A DNA stretch of 64,000 nucleotides, taken from a virus (taxonomy: Duplodnaviria; Caudoviricetes). Below, in pieces: positions 39,358-48,052 of this stretch (position 1 is the first letter of the stretch; each line of letters opens with the position of its first letter). The DNA lies in IMG/VR virus record IMGVR_UViG_3300007214_000006. The stretch is one strand, 5' to 3'. The notes below the pieces were generated by a model that was given only the letters and a program-made list of their open reading frames with translations, was not told the DNA's origin and made no database searches. A program made the position numbers and the translations under genes.

Positions 39358-39841
39358 CTTGTTTCTCCTTTTTATTAAGTATTTCTTCTATATAATAGAT
39401 TTTTTTTAATATATATTCTGCCATTTTTTGAGCATTGGACGAATCGCCACAAAAATATACTATGATATTGTGATTAATCTGCAACTCCAAAATATTTTTA
39501 ATAAGAAAGGCTGGAGTAATCTTGATTTTATCCCATAATCTTTTAGGAACAGTACTACCTATCGGATAAATTAATAAGTCTTCTAAATCAAATTCTAATA
39601 ATAAAAATGAGTATTTCATATTACTCAGTCTAGAAACAACATCAATAAATCTGCTTTCAACTACATTATTAGCAAACTCACTAGCGCTTTTCTTTCTTTC
39701 TATGCATACAATGTTTTCCAATCCTTCTACACTATAGTCTCCGGTATCAAGTTTTCGATGCGCTATCGCATGATGAGGAAAATCCCACGGTTGCTGTTCT
39801 CTTGTGTCTATAACAATTATAAAATCATTATGATTGGCCAT
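39344..39841 (-). CDS. ERCC4/XPF-family nuclease domain protein
   Basis: IVIDTREQ...LDTGDYS...CIERKK signature. Confidence 0.88.
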   Translation of the reverse strand: MANHNDFIIVIDTREQQPWDFPHHAIAHRKLDTGDYSVEGLENIVCIERKKSASEFANNVVESRFIDVVSRLSNMKYSFLLLEFDLEDLLIYPIGSTVPKRLWDKIKITPAFLIKNILELQINHNIIVYFCGDSSNAQKMAEYILKKIYYIEEILNKKEKQDETK

Positions 39842-40103
39842 TTTTTTTACTCGCTACTATTTTTAAAAAAATAGATTCGTATATATGCTCCAATCCTTTT
39901 ATTAGTTTATGATGGTATGAACAAAGAGTAATACCATTATCTATAGTAAATCTTAAACCAATATTATTTGCCCATGTTTTAATATGGTGAGCATTAAGTT
40001 TTCTTTTTAAATTACACTGTGGCCATTGGCATTGGAAATTATCTCTTTTATATACGTCTTGTCTCCATTTTTTATATATAGGATCTTGAAAATTTCTATT
40101 CAT
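39828..40103 (-). CDS. HNH endonuclease
   Basis: WRQDVYKRDNFQCQ..C...AHHIK...DNGITLCSYHH. Confidence 0.9.
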   Translation of the reverse strand: MNRNFQDPIYKKWRQDVYKRDNFQCQWPQCNLKRKLNAHHIKTWANNIGLRFTIDNGITLCSYHHKLIKGLEHIYESIFLKIVASKKNGQS

Positions 40104-41088
40104 ATTTAGATTTTTCTATATCAGAAATAACCATGTCTTGCACCAAATCATCAAAAGATATTTTTGGCTTCCAATTAAGAACTTTTCTTGCTTTATTAGA
40201 GACACCTCTTAAAAATTCAACTTCGGCTGGTCTATATAACTCTTGATCAATTTCTATATGGTCTAAATAATTTAAGTTAACAACCTTAAAAGCTTTTTCT
40301 AAAAATTCTTCGACAGTATGAGATTCTCCTGTGCTTATAACAAAATCATCCGGAGTATCGCTTGTAAGCATTAGTTTCATAGCCTCAACATAATCTTTAG
40401 CGTGTCCCCAATCTCTTACGGCTTTAATATTACCCAATTTTAATTTAACGTCTGTTTTTTTATTTACTAATTCGCCGATATATTTAGTAATTTTTCTAGT
40501 AACAAAATTCTCTCCTCTTCTTGGACTTTCATGATTGAATAATATGCCACTAGTAGCATATAAATTATATGCTTCTCTATAGATTTGAACCATTCTGTGA
40601 CTAGCTAATTTAGCCACAGCATAAGGACTTTGAGGTAAAAATGCGGTATTTTCATCTTGATATTTTTTGCCATCAATATCTAAAAGATAATTACGACCAA
40701 ACATCTCACTAGTACTAGCTTGATAAAATCTGGTTGTAGAAGAAAATTTTCTTATATTTTCTAAAATATTTATCACTCCTACAGAATTAATTTCGAATGT
40801 TGTTGTTGGTTGCTTAAAGCTAGTTGAAACATGACTTTGAGCTGCTAAATTATAAAAATGATGGGGTCTATGTTTGGTGATTATATTTACACAATCAGAA
40901 GGATCGGTAATATCGAATTCTTCTAATATAATTTTTTTATTATCTAATAAATGTTTTATTCTCTGAAAATTAGTATTACTACTCCGTCTATATAGCCCAA
41001 CAACAGAATAACCAGTGCGCAATAACAATTCTGCTAAATAACTACCGTCTTGACCAGTAATCCCAGTAATAGCTGCTGTTTTCATCAT
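40096..41088 (-). CDS. gmd: GDP-mannose 4,6-dehydratase
   Basis: ITGITGQDGSYLAELL, YNLAAQSHV, YQASTSEMFG, SPYAVAK, FNHESPRRGENFVTRKIT, RDWGHAKDYV. Confidence 0.96.
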   Translation of the reverse strand: MMKTAAITGITGQDGSYLAELLLRTGYSVVGLYRRSSNTNFQRIKHLLDNKKIILEEFDITDPSDCVNIITKHRPHHFYNLAAQSHVSTSFKQPTTTFEINSVGVINILENIRKFSSTTRFYQASTSEMFGRNYLLDIDGKKYQDENTAFLPQSPYAVAKLASHRMVQIYREAYNLYATSGILFNHESPRRGENFVTRKITKYIGELVNKKTDVKLKLGNIKAVRDWGHAKDYVEAMKLMLTSDTPDDFVISTGESHTVEEFLEKAFKVVNLNYLDHIEIDQELYRPAEVEFLRGVSNKARKVLNWKPKISFDDLVQDMVISDIEKSKYE

Positions 41089-41900
41089 GATTCTATAGTA
41101 TCCGGAGTTAAAAAGGGTTTATCTAAAACGCTGTCCTGATATTGATGATATTCGGCTAGTTTATTTTTATTTTTTTCTGTGGCTATAGCTAATATTTCCA
41201 TTTCTTTGCCTTCTTTTTCTCTGATTGTTTCGTCTTCGAGCATTCTTATTAATCCTATCCAACTACTTTTTCCATCTTCTATTCTTTTGATTCTTTGTTC
41301 TCTTGTTGCTTTTAGATCTTTACTAATTTTTTGTTGTTCATTAAGTAATTTTGTATATTCGTTAGTATAATTTGCTATACTATTTCTAGCAAAACTAAGT
41401 TGAGTCTCTAAATTAGCTAGTTTTGGAATATCTCTTTGGTCCTCTGGTTTCTCGTATTCTGTATCAACTAATTTTTGAAGTTTGTCTGTTTCGGCAATAT
41501 GTCTTTTTCTTTCTTTCATGCTTCTATTTATAAGGATATCTATTGTTATAAATTGTTTAATTTGTAGTTCTTCTGCTGGTAAAACATCTTCACGGAACTG
41601 TTGTATTAATCCAACCCAAGTATCTTCAAAGTATTCCAACTCTCCGGTATCACTATCAAATTGTCTAACAATTTCTGACCAAAATGTTTTAGTATATAAT
41701 TTTCTTTTAAGAATTTCTAAATCTTTTAAGTTTTCGCTAGATGATATATTATTTTCTTTAATGTATCTATTAATGGGATCCTTATTTCTATTTAGTGATT
41801 CTGCAATCTCTTCAATAGATAATACCATTATATTATCTCTAATAAATTTTTCTTCTTCTAAGCTTAACTGTCCTCTTTTTTTAGGTAAATTTTTTGACAT
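41085..41900 (-). CDS. HTH plus coiled-coil protein (possible terminase small subunit or regulator)
   Basis: N-terminal LSLEEEKFIRDN...SIEEIAESLNR helix-turn-helix pattern; C-terminal coiled coil; in the operon upstream of TerL. Confidence 0.45.
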   Translation of the reverse strand: MSKNLPKKRGQLSLEEEKFIRDNIMVLSIEEIAESLNRNKDPINRYIKENNISSSENLKDLEILKRKLYTKTFWSEIVRQFDSDTGELEYFEDTWVGLIQQFREDVLPAEELQIKQFITIDILINRSMKERKRHIAETDKLQKLVDTEYEKPEDQRDIPKLANLETQLSFARNSIANYTNEYTKLLNEQQKISKDLKATREQRIKRIEDGKSSWIGLIRMLEDETIREKEGKEMEILAIATEKNKNKLAEYHQYQDSVLDKPFLTPDTIES

Positions 41901-42514
41901 TATTTTTCATTTTTAAGGTTATTAACAATTGATTCTATATGATTTTGTAATTTTTTAAGTTGTTGTTTTGGTATTTTTTCTCCATGCTTTAATCTTAGAT
42001 AACTTTCCCTGAACTCCGGTTGTATATTTTCATCTAATAATTTTATTATTTCGTGATTTTGCATTTTTGAATCAAAACTTTTATTATTACTGATGTCGTA
42101 TTCTATATATGATGGCTGCATAATATTTTTTTTCGCAATATTTCTCGATGCCCAGGTTGAATACAAATCGCAATCGTCTTTATTTGCATATTTGGAACAC
42201 TGGTTTTTTGATTGTTTATAGTTTGGATCATACAAAGGACATGTTAAACAAGGAATGTCTGGTCTTTGGTAATTATTTCTCTTATAATTAAACAATCTAT
42301 TTCTAACATGAGTCCATAAAAAATTTTCTAATGGTCTAGTATTGTCGTATTTTTCTAAACCTTCTAAAGCAAAAATAGCCGCTTGCTGTTTCATATCTTC
42401 AATATCGTGATACCCAAAACGAAACTTATGAGCTAATCTTTTGCCTATATTATCTAGTACTCTTAAAAAATCTTCTTCAGAAACTTGATTATTAGTTTTC
42501 TTTTTTTTGTTCAT
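41900..42514 (-). CDS. Phage sigma70-like factor with a Cys4 insert
   Basis: Region-2-like DIEDMKQQAAIFALEGLEKYD...NFLWTHVRNRLFNYKR, then C-x2-C-x13-C-x8-C, then a short degenerate region 4. Confidence 0.75.
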   Translation of the reverse strand: MNKKKKTNNQVSEEDFLRVLDNIGKRLAHKFRFGYHDIEDMKQQAAIFALEGLEKYDNTRPLENFLWTHVRNRLFNYKRNNYQRPDIPCLTCPLYDPNYKQSKNQCSKYANKDDCDLYSTWASRNIAKKNIMQPSYIEYDISNNKSFDSKMQNHEIIKLLDENIQPEFRESYLRLKHGEKIPKQQLKKLQNHIESIVNNLKNEK

Positions 42515-42644
42515 TTAATAATTCTGCTATAGCTTTGCCCTCTGGTAAGTCTAACTCCGACGCAATAGCATTATCAGAAACATCACAGCCGGATGCTCTA
42601 ATAAATAACACAGAATCAACTAAATTAATTTCTTCTTTTTTCAT
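42492..42644 (-). CDS. Small protein (50 aa; not in the ORF track)
   Basis: Manual translation MKKEEINLVDSVLFIRASGCDVSDNAIASELDLPEGKAIAELLNEQKKEN; AGGAG RBS upstream. Confidence 0.6.
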   Translation of the reverse strand: MKKEEINLVDSVLFIRASGCDVSDNAIASELDLPEGKAIAELLNEQKKEN

Positions 42645-42679
42645 AAAAACTCCTTGCACGAAACTTGTCAACCTTTAGT

Positions 42680-42707
42680 ATAATAAGGTTGATATGTTTT
42701 TAGTCAA
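42680..42707 (-). promoter_or_regulatory. Possible sigma70 promoter for the sigma-factor/packaging operon, inside a divergent intergenic region
   Basis: Minus strand TTGACT-N16-TATTAT. It overlaps a + strand TATAAT (42679-42684) that may serve the divergent genes. Confidence 0.4.
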
Positions 42708-42732
42708 TATATATTAAAAAGGAACACATTTT

Positions 42733-42972
42733 ATGGCTAATTATAAAAAATGGTCAAATGCGGAACTAGATTTTATTCAAAATAATCATAATCTACTATG
42801 TGATGAAGCATTAGCTTCAAAATTAAGTCAAATGACGAGTCAAAATATTAGTACTGCTATGGTTCGTCGCCAAAGAAGGAAATTATCTTTAAAAAAGAAT
42901 AGAGGGCGCCCAAAAAAAATTATATCGAATAATATAACACAAGTATCCGATAGTAGTGTTGTTGAAGCATGA
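42733..42972 (+). CDS. Small HTH-like DNA-binding protein
   Basis: KWSNAELDFI...DEALASKL...STAMVRRQRRKL pattern with a basic RGRPKK tail; AAGGA RBS. Confidence 0.6.
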   Translation: MANYKKWSNAELDFIQNNHNLLCDEALASKLSQMTSQNISTAMVRRQRRKLSLKKNRGRPKKIISNNITQVSDSSVVEA

Positions 42973-43274
42973 TTACTAAAAAAATAATACTATGTATTGC
43001 GATATGTTGTTGTATGGGAGCGGGGTGGTGTCAGCCAAAACAGATAATCCCACCACAAATAATACCTCAACAAGTTATAGTATATAGTGGACATGCTTCG
43101 TACTATGGATATTATTCTCATTATTACGCACCGGTTGTAACACAAAATATTAGATATTATCCATATATTGAAAATAGATTAGAATATAAGCCTATTATGT
43201 ATTATAATACATATGTAATTCCACATTACAATTATCAAGATAGTTATATCTATCCATACTATTTTAATTATTGA
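42969..43274 (+). CDS. Tyr/Pro-rich small protein with a signal-peptide-like N-terminus
   Basis: MITKKIILCIAICCCMGAGWC followed by YYGYYSHYYAP...; ATGA overlap with the upstream gene. Confidence 0.55.
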   Translation: MITKKIILCIAICCCMGAGWCQPKQIIPPQIIPQQVIVYSGHASYYGYYSHYYAPVVTQNIRYYPYIENRLEYKPIMYYNTYVIPHYNYQDSYIYPYYFNY

Positions 43275-43888
43275 TATAAACTAAAATTAAAATTATTATA
43301 TAATATTTTATAGTTTAATGGAACAGTAATATTCTCGGCAAATTGTGAATTCAAGATAATTGTTTGCGAATTTGGCCATAATGATGTAAAGAACTGAACC
43401 ATAGGATCTGTATAAATATAATAATCTATCTTAGTACCATTTATATAGGATGGGAAACTATTATTAGTTTTCCATTCTATATATTTTTTTATATCTTTGG
43501 TATATATGACTACGTCTATATCTTTATGATTGGATACTCCTTGTACTATAATAGAGCCAGTTAATCCGATATCCACAAACCAGTCTTGGTTTTGTATAAA
43601 AGATCTCAGTGTTTCATTAATTATATTCCATATATCTGGAACTATTATAGTTGTTTTTATCTTATATTTTTGAATAACTTCGGATATAAAATTTTTATCA
43701 TATCTTCTATGAAAACATTTTTTTAAAAATATTGGATCTTCTTGATTATCTAAATAAATATGCTGCGGACAGCTGTTATTACAAAATAAATAAGATGTAT
43801 TAACTATATGTCCTAATCTACATGATTGATATGAGCATGCTGTTGGAGAATTATTGTTATATCGAAACTGACAATCAAATTTATACAT
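43268..43888 (-). CDS. Pol-beta-type nucleotidyltransferase-like protein with a Cys-rich N-terminus
   Basis: IGLTGS-x9-DID plus a downstream KIDYY acidic residue. Start 43888 is preferred over 43912 because it follows the upstream stop. Confidence 0.6.
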   Translation of the reverse strand: MYKFDCQFRYNNNSPTACSYQSCRLGHIVNTSYLFCNNSCPQHIYLDNQEDPIFLKKCFHRRYDKNFISEVIQKYKIKTTIIVPDIWNIINETLRSFIQNQDWFVDIGLTGSIIVQGVSNHKDIDVVIYTKDIKKYIEWKTNNSFPSYINGTKIDYYIYTDPMVQFFTSLWPNSQTIILNSQFAENITVPLNYKILYNNFNFSLYQ

Positions 43889-43890
43889 TA

Positions 43891-45507
43891 TTAACCAATA
43901 TTTTCTAACCATTCTATGGACAAATCATACATACTGACTGATCCTGAATCCTGGTTACCAGCATCAATCCAAGATATATGATATAAATCTCTACTAAAAT
44001 TACCATCAATATTAGTGCAGCATACGATATCAAAAAAATTAGTAGTAGACAGCATTGATGGAGTCATTCCACAACTAGCTAGATTCAGCCAGTCTTGAGA
44101 CTCTGGATTGGAATGTATAGGAATAATGTTGGTTATAAGCGGCATAGCCGCCTCATCACATAAGCAACATTGTGCCACACATTGACTACTTGTTGGAGTT
44201 GGTGTTGGAGTTAAGGCTGGAGTTGGAGTTAAGGTAGCGGTTGGGGTTGGAGTTGGCGTTGGCGTTGGAGTTAAAGGAGGAGGAGGAGGAGGAGGAACAC
44301 AAGGACCGGGTTCAGCATCGTCACAATCTATAGTAAGCACAGGTTTAAGTTGAATCATTCCTGGTGCTATGCACGAAGCAAATAAAATATCTCTACTATT
44401 GTCGCTAATTCTTTCTCCAACCAAAACTATAAATGTTGTACCATCATGACAATCATCTATTAAACAAGATAATCCTACTTGTGCTCCAACTAAATCATTG
44501 CTGTTAGAAACGGTAAGAGTAAAAGAATCTGTCCTCTCCATTGTATAATAATTACCATGTATCTGTTGCATTACCGGAATAAATCCTGGAATTGGTATTA
44601 CTGGATCTATACCAACACAATCTCCTGTATATACATAACTAGGATTTACCTCTTTGACTATGGCCTCCATAAGGCTTCCTAAATTATCCATACATATACT
44701 TTTATCCGCTTGTATTATTGTATTATTAGTTAGTTTTAAAAATGGTTTAAAAGGAGTCCTACTACAGATGTGTCCAGCGCCACATGTAACTTGGACTGGA
44801 TAGCTTATTCCGGGGATATTTATTTTTCTGGTCTTGTAGAGATAAATAGCATAACCGTAAATAGTATTTTTATACTGGATTAATGTTATACCAGATGCAC
44901 AAATTGGAGAATTGGACTGAGGTATACATTCGGGAGGATCAACACAAGCGCACGACGCAGGATCAAAAACTTGAACTCCTGAACAAGGTACATTGCAATC
45001 AAAAGGATTACCGACTCCGCCTCCGCCTCCGCCTCCGCCTCCGCCTCCGCCTCCGCCACTATTACAAACAAATGGATTATTAATATTATTTTCTATAATA
45101 CTTAAAGTATAATTTTTTGGATAAACAGTATCAACCGTTTCATTTCTACTAATATGATTATGTGAACCCAAATTATAAACAATAGCTAATTTTTGGTCAC
45201 AAAATGTGTATGTGTTTGTGATTGGATATCCTGATTCAAACTTATTATTTAATATATCATATTTAAAATTTCTAATAGATTGAGGAGTCCAATTAATGGT
45301 TACAGATCTAGCATTATTATTTGATGTTGTATCCCCAGGATTATAGGTATTAGCATCATTATTGTCTAATAATGTTTTATGATATCTTATATTAAGGCTA
45401 GTATCTGGTAAAATACCAGTATTTTGTATTGTTTCTGAATGATTATAATAGGCCAAATCATTCTGTTTATTTGGTAACAAACCACTATTGATAATATATT
45501 TTGACAT
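43891..45507 (-). CDS. Cys-rich modular protein: family-A N-domain, Gly12 linker, Cys-rich middle, Pro7/PT linker, C-terminal Cys domain
   Basis: N-terminus paralogous to 47296..48030; (CCTCCG)n tract at about 45016-45058; GGTGTA motif at 45554-45559. Confidence 0.75.
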   Translation of the reverse strand: MSKYIINSGLLPNKQNDLAYYNHSETIQNTGILPDTSLNIRYHKTLLDNNDANTYNPGDTTSNNNARSVTINWTPQSIRNFKYDILNNKFESGYPITNTYTFCDQKLAIVYNLGSHNHISRNETVDTVYPKNYTLSIIENNINNPFVCNSGGGGGGGGGGGGGGVGNPFDCNVPCSGVQVFDPASCACVDPPECIPQSNSPICASGITLIQYKNTIYGYAIYLYKTRKINIPGISYPVQVTCGAGHICSRTPFKPFLKLTNNTIIQADKSICMDNLGSLMEAIVKEVNPSYVYTGDCVGIDPVIPIPGFIPVMQQIHGNYYTMERTDSFTLTVSNSNDLVGAQVGLSCLIDDCHDGTTFIVLVGERISDNSRDILFASCIAPGMIQLKPVLTIDCDDAEPGPCVPPPPPPPLTPTPTPTPTPTATLTPTPALTPTPTPTSSQCVAQCCLCDEAAMPLITNIIPIHSNPESQDWLNLASCGMTPSMLSTTNFFDIVCCTNIDGNFSRDLYHISWIDAGNQDSGSVSMYDLSIEWLENIG

Positions 45508-45577
45508 AATTTTGTACTATTACTAATAAAATGTTGATAGATTATAATAAATATACACCATAAAAATATAGTAATGT

Positions 45578-47278
45578 TTATGGTATCAAATCAATAATTA
45601 GTCCTAATGAATAACAACATACTGCTGGGGGTGGCGTATGGGATGGAGTGGGGGTGCAAGTGGGAGTGTGGGTGGGAGTATAAGATGGAGTAATTGAAAT
45701 AGTAGGAGTTAGAGTAGGAGTAATAGTAGTAGTAGGCGTAATAGTAGGAGTAGGCGTAGGAGAAGCACCAATAGTTTTTGATGGCGTGGGTGTCGGAGTC
45801 TGAGTTTTTGTTGTAGTAGTCGTAGGCGTTGGAGTACTTGTTTCACTAATAGTAGGAGTCTGCGTGCTGGTTGGGGTTTTAGTAGGGGTTGTGGTGGGAG
45901 TTGGAGTAGCAGATGGGTTTGGATTTGGGGTTGGCAAATTGGGTATCAAATTATTGCACATACTACCACCAGCACTAAATAAATACGTATCATGATCGTT
46001 ATATGCATCAAGTATTAAAAGAAAATTGTCTGATGCTTCGAATATATATGGAACAGCTTCAGATCCACTGAATCTATTTTTAGGTCCTGATAGTGGTATC
46101 CAACCACTAACATAATCTGTTCCTGGAATAGTAACGAAATTAACTAATTCACTACTATTTAGTAGTATACCATTAACTTTGATGCTAGCTAATGCATTAT
46201 TCTTGATAGCAATTAGAGCATAATATTGTGGACCATCATAATTCATCCGATAAGGAAGTGGAGGAAGTGCTATCGTATATCTTTTTGATAATCTATTAAA
46301 TGGAAAAATAGCATTTATTGATGGATCACCAAGGCAAGCACGCCCTGGGAGGTCTGGTCCACAACCTCTTTTTATTTGATACACAAATATAGGGTATCTT
46401 GCTTTGATGATAGTTGGACTAGTTACAGATAATTTTTCATAACTTTGATATTGTTGTAATGTTACTGATTGATCATTGATAGAAATTATATTATTATTGT
46501 CTACAGATAAAATCTTAAAAGCATCTCCAAGATCACCATTAATACGATTTTGTACATTATTATAATTTTGTGTTAATGGTAAAATAAAAGTTGTATCAAA
46601 ATATTTATATCCATATATTTGACAAATTTGAGGATTACATGCTCCTCCTACCCAAGCATAACACTCGGTGTCTAAAAAAACAGCTATTTTTTCTTTACTT
46701 TCTATCTTAAGTGCCTTATCGAAGCCGCTAGGATATTTAATTTTTACCGCTTGTAAATTTTGTAATGTATATTCTAGAACAGTGTTGCCAGTAACTTTAA
46801 TTGTATTATTATTTGAAGTACTAATTATATTCACATAATTAGCCCACGGTCTGCCAGCTGAAGGAAATGGACATATATAATATAATCTAGATAATTGTTC
46901 TATGGGTAATAATGGTGTTCCATTAGAAGCCGCTTCCATACGCAATAAATAATGACATGTAATAGCTTTATTTGATATTATTTTTATGCCCCTATAACTT
47001 GGTACATGTTCTTGAGAAAAATACATACTAAGATATTGATTGTTAGGCAATTTATAAAAACCTATATTATTAGAGTTTATAATTGCTGTGTAAGCTTCTC
47101 CAAAATATTCAATAGACACCACTGTTCCTGGTTCTCCAAGAAAGTATATATAATTTTCAAAAAGATGGTAGAACGCAGGCAAATCAACCAAATAGTGACC
47201 TGGAAAAGCAAAATAAAATTCTTTACTTAAACAAGTGTCTGTCTGTGATTGTGCTTGTATGTTATTTGAAATATCCAT
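45578..47278 (-). CDS. IgGFc-binding (FCGBP N-terminal)-like domain protein with a long PT linker
   Basis: ALKIESKEKIAVF, FKILSVDNNNIISIN...PTIIKARYPIFVYQ...GDPSINAIFPFNRLSKRYTI...ASIKVNG; ends CCYSLGLIIDLIP. Confidence 0.65.
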   Translation of the reverse strand: MDISNNIQAQSQTDTCLSKEFYFAFPGHYLVDLPAFYHLFENYIYFLGEPGTVVSIEYFGEAYTAIINSNNIGFYKLPNNQYLSMYFSQEHVPSYRGIKIISNKAITCHYLLRMEAASNGTPLLPIEQLSRLYYICPFPSAGRPWANYVNIISTSNNNTIKVTGNTVLEYTLQNLQAVKIKYPSGFDKALKIESKEKIAVFLDTECYAWVGGACNPQICQIYGYKYFDTTFILPLTQNYNNVQNRINGDLGDAFKILSVDNNNIISINDQSVTLQQYQSYEKLSVTSPTIIKARYPIFVYQIKRGCGPDLPGRACLGDPSINAIFPFNRLSKRYTIALPPLPYRMNYDGPQYYALIAIKNNALASIKVNGILLNSSELVNFVTIPGTDYVSGWIPLSGPKNRFSGSEAVPYIFEASDNFLLILDAYNDHDTYLFSAGGSMCNNLIPNLPTPNPNPSATPTPTTTPTKTPTSTQTPTISETSTPTPTTTTTKTQTPTPTPSKTIGASPTPTPTITPTTTITPTLTPTISITPSYTPTHTPTCTPTPSHTPPPAVCCYSLGLIIDLIP

Positions 47279-47295
47279 AAATTTATTTTTCTATT

Positions 47296-48030
47296 TTAAG
47301 ATACATATTGGCATGAGTATAATCTAACAATAGCTGTGGATGCTTCATCACTAAAAAATGGTATTTCTATATCGGTTTGTAGACTGGTAATAGTGTGTAT
47401 ATTAATCCAATCAGATAATGGTATAGACATATTATCAAAAAATTTAATCTGTAATAATAAACATACTGTTGGAATAGCAGAAACTATAACACGAACTTTG
47501 TGTACAGAGTTTTCAAAAAAATAACTAATACTATTAGTGAAATCACACATCTCTGGTGGTCCAATGATTGGATCATCAGGCTCTATCCTGCAATCTAATG
47601 TGTGTTCAGATTTATTAACTGTGGTAAATTGATAATTTATCGGATAAGATAATAAACTATCAGAAAATCTTGTCCAATGAGTATTACCAGCTTGAAATAC
47701 TATAGAAATTTTTTGATTACATAAATTATATGAATCTATAATTGGATAGTTTTCATAAAATTTATTTGTAAATATATTATATGAAAAATTTCTAATAGAT
47801 TGAGGAGTCCAATCAATAGTTACTGATCTAGCGTCGTTGTTTGATGTGAGATTGTTATCTTTATAAGTAATACTATTAAAATTTTGATCAAATAGTGTTT
47901 TATGATATCTTATATTATAATTAGTATTTTGTAAAATCCCAGTATTTTTTATTGTTTCTGAACGATTGTAATATGAGGAATAGTTCTGACTATTTATAGG
48001 TAAACTGCTATCAATAATATATTTAGACAT
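47296..48030 (-). CDS. Two-domain protein: family-A N-domain plus family-B domain
   Basis: N-terminus matches 43891..45507 (RYHKTL, ARSVTI.WTPQSIRNF); C-terminus CLLLQIKFFD...PLSDW...VRLYSC matches the N-termini of 48053..50164 and 50358..51713. Confidence 0.75.
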   Translation of the reverse strand: MSKYIIDSSLPINSQNYSSYYNRSETIKNTGILQNTNYNIRYHKTLFDQNFNSITYKDNNLTSNNDARSVTIDWTPQSIRNFSYNIFTNKFYENYPIIDSYNLCNQKISIVFQAGNTHWTRFSDSLLSYPINYQFTTVNKSEHTLDCRIEPDDPIIGPPEMCDFTNSISYFFENSVHKVRVIVSAIPTVCLLLQIKFFDNMSIPLSDWINIHTITSLQTDIEIPFFSDEASTAIVRLYSCQYVS

Positions 48031-48052
48031 AATATTTTAGCCATTTTAAACA

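Noticed and set aside
44883-45083. (RL)n and (AE)n repeat peptides
   Set aside because: Antisense frames of the (GGCGGA)n poly-Gly linker of 43891..45507.
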